Assembly: GCA_027491355.1 (NCBI GenBank)
Contig: JAIXWI010000041.1
Coordinates: 27,627 to 91,626 of the forward strand
Direction of reading: 5' to 3'
Source of the DNA: Bacteroidota bacterium
GTDB lineage: Bacteria > Bacteroidota > Bacteroidia > UKL13-3
DNA length: 64,000 nt
Part shown: piece by piece, positions 59,481 to 64,000 of the stretch
Numbering within the stretch: position 1 is the stretch's first letter
How the letters are laid out: each line of letters starts with the position of its first letter
Position numbers and translations under genes: made by a program
The notes under the pieces: model-generated
The model's database searches: none
Told to the model about the DNA's origin: nothing
The model's input: the letters and a program-made list of their open reading frames with translations, nothing else

Positions 59481-59993
59481 TCAACTTGTGCCTTTTGGAC
59501 ATTCCCAAATCTCAAGATCAAACATTCTTTTGTGCTCCATTTTAAGCCTCATGGCTGTAGAAACAGAATGGAAACCATGAACCCCTGCAGCACCTGGATT
59601 TAAGTGCATCATGCCTGTTACAGGGTCTTTCATTGCTTTTAAAACATGGGAGTGTCCGCAAACCATTAAATCAAAATGTTGGTTCACAACTGTTTTTTTA
59701 AACAATGGACTGTATTTTCCTGGGTAACCACCAATGTGTAAAATGCAAACGCTTAATTTTTCAATTTCAAAAGTTAAAATTTCTGACATTTCCTGACGAA
59801 TACTAGGTCCATCAATGTTGCCATAAACTGTTTTCAAGGGTTTAAATGCTCTTAATTGTTGAACCAATTCTAAACTGCCCCAATCTCCAGCATGCCATAT
59901 TTCATGACAATTCGAGAAAAAATCATACAAGTTAGGGGGGATGTACCCGTGTGTATCACTTAAAATTCCAATTTGCTTCACTATACAAATCAA
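59481..59993 (-). CDS. YfcE/MJ0936-type metallophosphoesterase
   Basis: GILSDTHG, HAGD, GNIDG and CGHSH metal-ligand motifs. Confidence 0.8.
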   Translation of the reverse strand: MICIVKQIGILSDTHGYIPPNLYDFFSNCHEIWHAGDWGSLELVQQLRAFKPLKTVYGNIDGPSIRQEMSEILTFEIEKLSVCILHIGGYPGKYSPLFKKTVVNQHFDLMVCGHSHVLKAMKDPVTGMMHLNPGAAGVHGFHSVSTAMRLKMEHKRMFDLEIWECPKGTS

Positions 59994-60054
59994 ATAAAAA
60001 AATGAAATGTAGCTTATTAAAAAATGATTTTAAGTAATTTAGTAACTTTGTTCA

Positions 60055-60675
60055 ATGCACATATTGGTAAACATGTCGGCAGCCTATTGGCTTATTTTAA
60101 TTACTGTTTTGGTAAGTTTTGGAGCATTTTCAAATGATAGGATCTTATCGGAAACCATACTCAGCCCATACAGGGTTCGCAAGCACAATGAGTATTGGCG
60201 ATTAATTACCGCAGGTTTTTTACATGCAGATTGGGCTCATTTGTTACTGAACATGTTTGTACTATTTGCTTTTGGCCCCATGGTAGAAGCTGAATTTATA
60301 GTTTTTTTTGGTCCAGTAGGTAAAATTTTATTTGCAGTGATGTATCTGAGTTCTATTGTAGCTGCACATGCTAGTTCTTATTTTAAAGAGCAAAACAATC
60401 CGAATTATTTATCACTAGGTGCCTCTGGAGCAACTTCAGCAGTTGTATTTGCATCTATTCTGTTTCATCCGCTACAGAAATTTTATTTTGGAATACCTGG
60501 TTTCGTTATGGGAGCTATTTATTTGTATTATTCAAGCTATGCTGCCAAACAAATGAGTGATAAAATAAACCATGAAGCACATTTTTATGGTGCTGTCTAT
60601 GGATTTATTTTCCCCATTTTTCTAAAGCCTGAAATTGGCCTATTTTGCTTGAATCAAGTTAGAAATTGGTTTTAA
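60055..60675 (+). CDS. Rhomboid family intramembrane serine protease
   Basis: WRLITAGFLHADWAHLLLNM and GASGATSAV (catalytic Ser) motifs. Confidence 0.85.
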   Translation: MHILVNMSAAYWLILITVLVSFGAFSNDRILSETILSPYRVRKHNEYWRLITAGFLHADWAHLLLNMFVLFAFGPMVEAEFIVFFGPVGKILFAVMYLSSIVAAHASSYFKEQNNPNYLSLGASGATSAVVFASILFHPLQKFYFGIPGFVMGAIYLYYSSYAAKQMSDKINHEAHFYGAVYGFIFPIFLKPEIGLFCLNQVRNWF

Positions 60676-61262
60676 AACATCAATCCAATTCGAATGTCCC
60701 AAGGACTTCCAAATGGACTGGTGTTGACATCATAAAGCACGTTGTACAATAACAAAACATACATTCCTTTATCAGGCATCATTCCGCCACCAACAAACAA
60801 TTGATTTAGCCAATCTCTTTGGTCTTTTTTTGTTAAGCTTTGCATATTGATAGGCATGTATTCTACGTGTGCTTGTATTGATGATATGAGTCCTTGTCGC
60901 GCAAACAATTGTGGTCCATATATACTTGATTCGTATTTTACACCTCTATAACTCTGTGCAAAGTAAATATAGGTGAAACCACCACCAATCATTGTTTTTG
61001 GTTTTAACAAATAGCCAGCCATAGGTTGTAACAATAACATGCCTCCTCCATTTGAAAAACCTGCAGTAAAGTTACCCCCAAAACGCCATTTGTCGAAATC
61101 TTCTATTGATTTGCCTGAATCAATGGTTTCCTTTGGGCTTTGGTCATCTAGTGGAATCAATTTGCGTTGGGCATTAGCGTAAAAAGCCATGTTTAGAAGT
61201 AACAGGCATACCATTAGTCGCTTATAGTTGAACAACATGTTTTGCTTATCCATAAATTTCAT
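60672..61262 (-). CDS. Hypothetical outer-membrane beta-barrel-like protein
   Basis: Signal peptide ...LLLLNMAFYANAQ and C-terminal ...WDIRIGLMF (terminal Phe). Start is uncertain (61301, 61262 or 61238). Confidence 0.5.
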   Translation of the reverse strand: MKFMDKQNMLFNYKRLMVCLLLLNMAFYANAQRKLIPLDDQSPKETIDSGKSIEDFDKWRFGGNFTAGFSNGGGMLLLQPMAGYLLKPKTMIGGGFTYIYFAQSYRGVKYESSIYGPQLFARQGLISSIQAHVEYMPINMQSLTKKDQRDWLNQLFVGGGMMPDKGMYVLLLYNVLYDVNTSPFGSPWDIRIGLMF

Positions 61263-61336
61263 GGAACGAAAATAAATGATTTGAAATTGAAAAAATCGCA
61301 TTTGGTTTCCTTAATTCGCATATTCAATTTAAAGAC

Positions 61337-62407
61337 ATGAGTAAAATTCACAATTTTTCTGCAGGTCCGGCAATTTTGCCAACATCTGCCATTGAAGCCA
61401 GTATAGAAGCCTTGAAAGATTTTGCAGGCACAGGATTGTCATTGATAGAAATCAGTCATAGAAGCAAAGAATACGAGGCTGTGGTAGCCGAAGCAACCCA
61501 ATTGGTTAAGGAACTCCTAAAAGTTGGGGATGATTACGAGGTAGTGTTTTTACAAGGAGGTGCCAGCTTACAATTCGACATGGTACCTATGAACTTTTTA
61601 AACGATGGCCAGAAAGCCGCTTATTTGAATACTGGTGTTTGGGCAAAAAGAGCCATCAAAGAAGCTGGCTTTTTTGGACAAGTAGATGTAGTTGGCAGTT
61701 CGGAAGATAAAAATTATTCATACATACCCAAAGGCTATACAATACCTGCAGATGCTGCCTATTTTCATTGTACATCAAACAATACCATTTATGGAACAGA
61801 AATGTTTGATTATCCTCAAACCAATGTGCCAATGGTTTGTGACATGAGCAGCGACATATTTAGTAGGCCCATTGATGCCTCAAAGTTTGCTATGATTTAT
61901 GCAGGTGCTCAGAAAAACATGGGGCCTGCGGGTGCAACATTGGCTGTGATTAAGAAAGATTTCTTGACTACCATTAAAAGAAAAATTCCAACTATGTTGG
62001 ATTACAGAGTTCATATCGAAAATGGCAGCATGTACAATACCCCAAGTGTATTTGCCATTTTTGTAACCATGCATACATTGAGATGGATTAAATCTATAGG
62101 TCTAGAAGCAATGGAAACTAGAAACAAAGCAAAAGCCGAATTACTGTACGCTGAAATAGACCGCAATCCATTTTTTAAAGGTACAGTCAATGTTGAAGAC
62201 AGAAGCCGTATGAATGTGAATTTTGTTCTGAATGATCCAAGTTTGGAGGAAGAGTTCTTTAAATTGTGCAAATCACACAACTTAAGTGGATTAAAAGGAC
62301 ACCGTTCGGTTGGGGGCTTGAGGGCTTCTTTGTATAATGCACTCGAATTAGACAGTGTACAAGCATTGGTTGATGCCATGCAAGCATTTGAAAAATTAAA
62401 AAGCTAA
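61337..62407 (+). CDS. serC: Phosphoserine aminotransferase
   Basis: HNFSAGPAILP, FLQGGASLQF, YAGAQKNMGPAG (PLP lysine). Confidence 0.95.
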   Translation: MSKIHNFSAGPAILPTSAIEASIEALKDFAGTGLSLIEISHRSKEYEAVVAEATQLVKELLKVGDDYEVVFLQGGASLQFDMVPMNFLNDGQKAAYLNTGVWAKRAIKEAGFFGQVDVVGSSEDKNYSYIPKGYTIPADAAYFHCTSNNTIYGTEMFDYPQTNVPMVCDMSSDIFSRPIDASKFAMIYAGAQKNMGPAGATLAVIKKDFLTTIKRKIPTMLDYRVHIENGSMYNTPSVFAIFVTMHTLRWIKSIGLEAMETRNKAKAELLYAEIDRNPFFKGTVNVEDRSRMNVNFVLNDPSLEEEFFKLCKSHNLSGLKGHRSVGGLRASLYNALELDSVQALVDAMQAFEKLKS

Positions 62408-62425
62408 ACCAAAATTTAAACGAAC

Positions 62426-63394
62426 ATGATTAGAATTTTAGCCAATGATGGCATTGACAACAGCGGTAAATCTTTGTTAGAAGCTGCAGGTTTTTTTGTA
62501 GAAACTACCAAGGTTCCACAAGACAAACTCAGTGAAGCTTTACAAGATTACGATGCTGTTTTGGTAAGATCTGCAACTAAAATTAGAAAAGAACTATTAG
62601 AGTCATGTCCTAAATTAAAGCTCATTGGAAGGGGTGGTGTTGGTTTGGATAATATTGATGTGGAGTTTGCCAAACAAAAAGGCATCAAGGTTATCAATAC
62701 GCCTGCTTCATCTTCAGTAAGTGTGGCTGAATTGGTATTTGCACATTTGTTTGCAGGGGCTAGATTCATTCAGCATACCAACCGCATCATGCCTACAGAA
62801 GGTAATGCCCGATTTGCTGAATTGAAAAAGAAAGCTTCAGAAGGCATAGAATTACAAGGCAAAACCATGGGTATTTTTGGTTTTGGTAGAATTGGTCAAG
62901 AAGTGGCTAAAATGGCCATTGGTTTGGGCATGAAAGTATTGGCTTTTGACCCTTATGTTGAAAAAGTAGATTTGACATTGAATTTGCCAATGTTGGGCGC
63001 TCAATCAAGAGTAAAAGTTCCAATTCAAACAGTGAGTGAACACTCAGTAATCACACAATCAGATTTTATCACATTCCATATTCCATTTAACGAAGGCGAT
63101 AAATCTCCAATAGATGCTACTATGATAGCCAAAATGAAAAAGGGCGTGGCATTGATAAACTGTTCTAGAGGGGGTGTTATTTCTGAAGCTGATTTGTTAG
63201 CTGCTTTAGAATCGGGTCATGTAGCATTTGCTGGCTTGGATGTATTTGAAAAAGAGCCGCCAGTAAACATGCATATATTGCAACATCCTCATGTTTCTTT
63301 AAGCCCACATGTGGGTGGTTCAACCAAGGAAGCACAAAACAGAATCAGCATTGAACTTGCTGAAAAAGTAATTGAGTATTTCAGAAACGCTTAA
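62426..63394 (+). CDS. serA: D-3-phosphoglycerate dehydrogenase (D-2-hydroxyacid dehydrogenase family, short form)
   Basis: GIFGFGRIGQEVA NAD motif and SPHVGGST. Directly follows serC. Confidence 0.85.
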   Translation: MIRILANDGIDNSGKSLLEAAGFFVETTKVPQDKLSEALQDYDAVLVRSATKIRKELLESCPKLKLIGRGGVGLDNIDVEFAKQKGIKVINTPASSSVSVAELVFAHLFAGARFIQHTNRIMPTEGNARFAELKKKASEGIELQGKTMGIFGFGRIGQEVAKMAIGLGMKVLAFDPYVEKVDLTLNLPMLGAQSRVKVPIQTVSEHSVITQSDFITFHIPFNEGDKSPIDATMIAKMKKGVALINCSRGGVISEADLLAALESGHVAFAGLDVFEKEPPVNMHILQHPHVSLSPHVGGSTKEAQNRISIELAEKVIEYFRNA

Positions 63395-63402
63395 GTTTTA
63401 AA

Positions 63403-64000
63403 ATGGCCATAGTTAAACCCTTTGCAGCATTAAGGCCTGCAAAAGAAAAGGCTGGTTTGGTATCAAGTCAGCCTTATGATTCTGGTTCAAGAGATTTGGC
63501 GAACTTAGAAATAGAGCAAAATCCGCTTTCGTATTTGCATGTAGTAAAACCGTATTTGCATTTCAAAGGCGAGAAAAAAAATCCACAAAAACATTTTCCA
63601 AAAGGTTTAGAATTTCTTAGAAAATTCAAGGCAGATGCTGTCCTTGTTAAAGAGGAAAAACCTGCCTACTACATATACAGAATGATTGTTGGAAGCCATG
63701 CCTATACAGGAATTATGGCTGCGGCATCGGTTGAAGATTACCTCAACAGTATTATTCTAAAACACGAAAATACTTTAACAGAAAAGCAAGAAGAACTAGC
63801 CAATCACATTGAGTTTTTCCATTCTTTAGGAAACCCAGTTCTGCTTACTTACCCAGACGAACAAGGAATTGATGAACTCATTCAAAAATATGTAGTTCAA
63901 AATGTACCCGAGTACAATTTTATCAGTGCCGACCAAAAGAAACACAACCTTTGGGTAATGACAGATGAAAATGACATTGCCTATTTAGAAGCAAAATTTG
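63403..64000 (+). CDS. DUF1015 family protein, 5' part (runs off the window)
   Basis: The open frame from the ATG at 63403 reads MAIVKPFAALRPAKEKAGLVSSQPYD, a typical DUF1015 N-terminus. No stop codon before the window end. Confidence 0.7.
   Translation, partial: MAIVKPFAALRPAKEKAGLVSSQPYDSGSRDLANLEIEQNPLSYLHVVKPYLHFKGEKKNPQKHFPKGLEFLRKFKADAVLVKEEKPAYYIYRMIVGSHAYTGIMAAASVEDYLNSIILKHENTLTEKQEELANHIEFFHSLGNPVLLTYPDEQGIDELIQKYVVQNVPEYNFISADQKKHNLWVMTDENDIAYLEAKF

Overview
Low-GC chromosomal segment of Bacteroidota type. The support is a PorP/SprF gene, type A and type B T9SS C-terminal sorting domains, and TAnnTTTG promoter boxes. It looks Flavobacteriia-like, but I cannot name the taxon from sequence alone. 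I call about 56 protein genes, mostly housekeeping: LptF/G-type permease, RibBA, Lgt, RsmG, AccC, GatB, a complete SufB-C-D-S-E plus DUF59 cluster, an IDH-family enzyme, PyrC, SerC-SerA and others. There is also T9SS cargo (a 1.8k-aa lectin/FG-GAP adhesin with a cognate PorP/SprF, and an M43 protease), two two-component systems, a TonB-dependent receptor and one tRNA-Ser(UGA). I saw no transposase, integrase, cas gene or recognisable defence gene. The standout is the 1.35-kb ORF-free interval 29162-30511, between a PhoR-like kinase gene and an S46 peptidase gene. It holds three tandem units of 372, 400 and 372 bp. Each unit carries a GC-enriched element of about 190 nt with the same nested helices. 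Its base changes are tolerated only as G-U pairs on the + strand. Each element has a 32-35 nt hypervariable segment inside a conserved stem and ends in a U-tract. Each is preceded by paired GACCATTCA boxes, and the same boxes also precede the peptidase gene at the same distance. By eye I could not assign this element to any RNA family I know, so it needs an Rfam/Infernal check. Start codons were refined by eye from the ORF track. All functional calls rest on motif recognition, not database searches.
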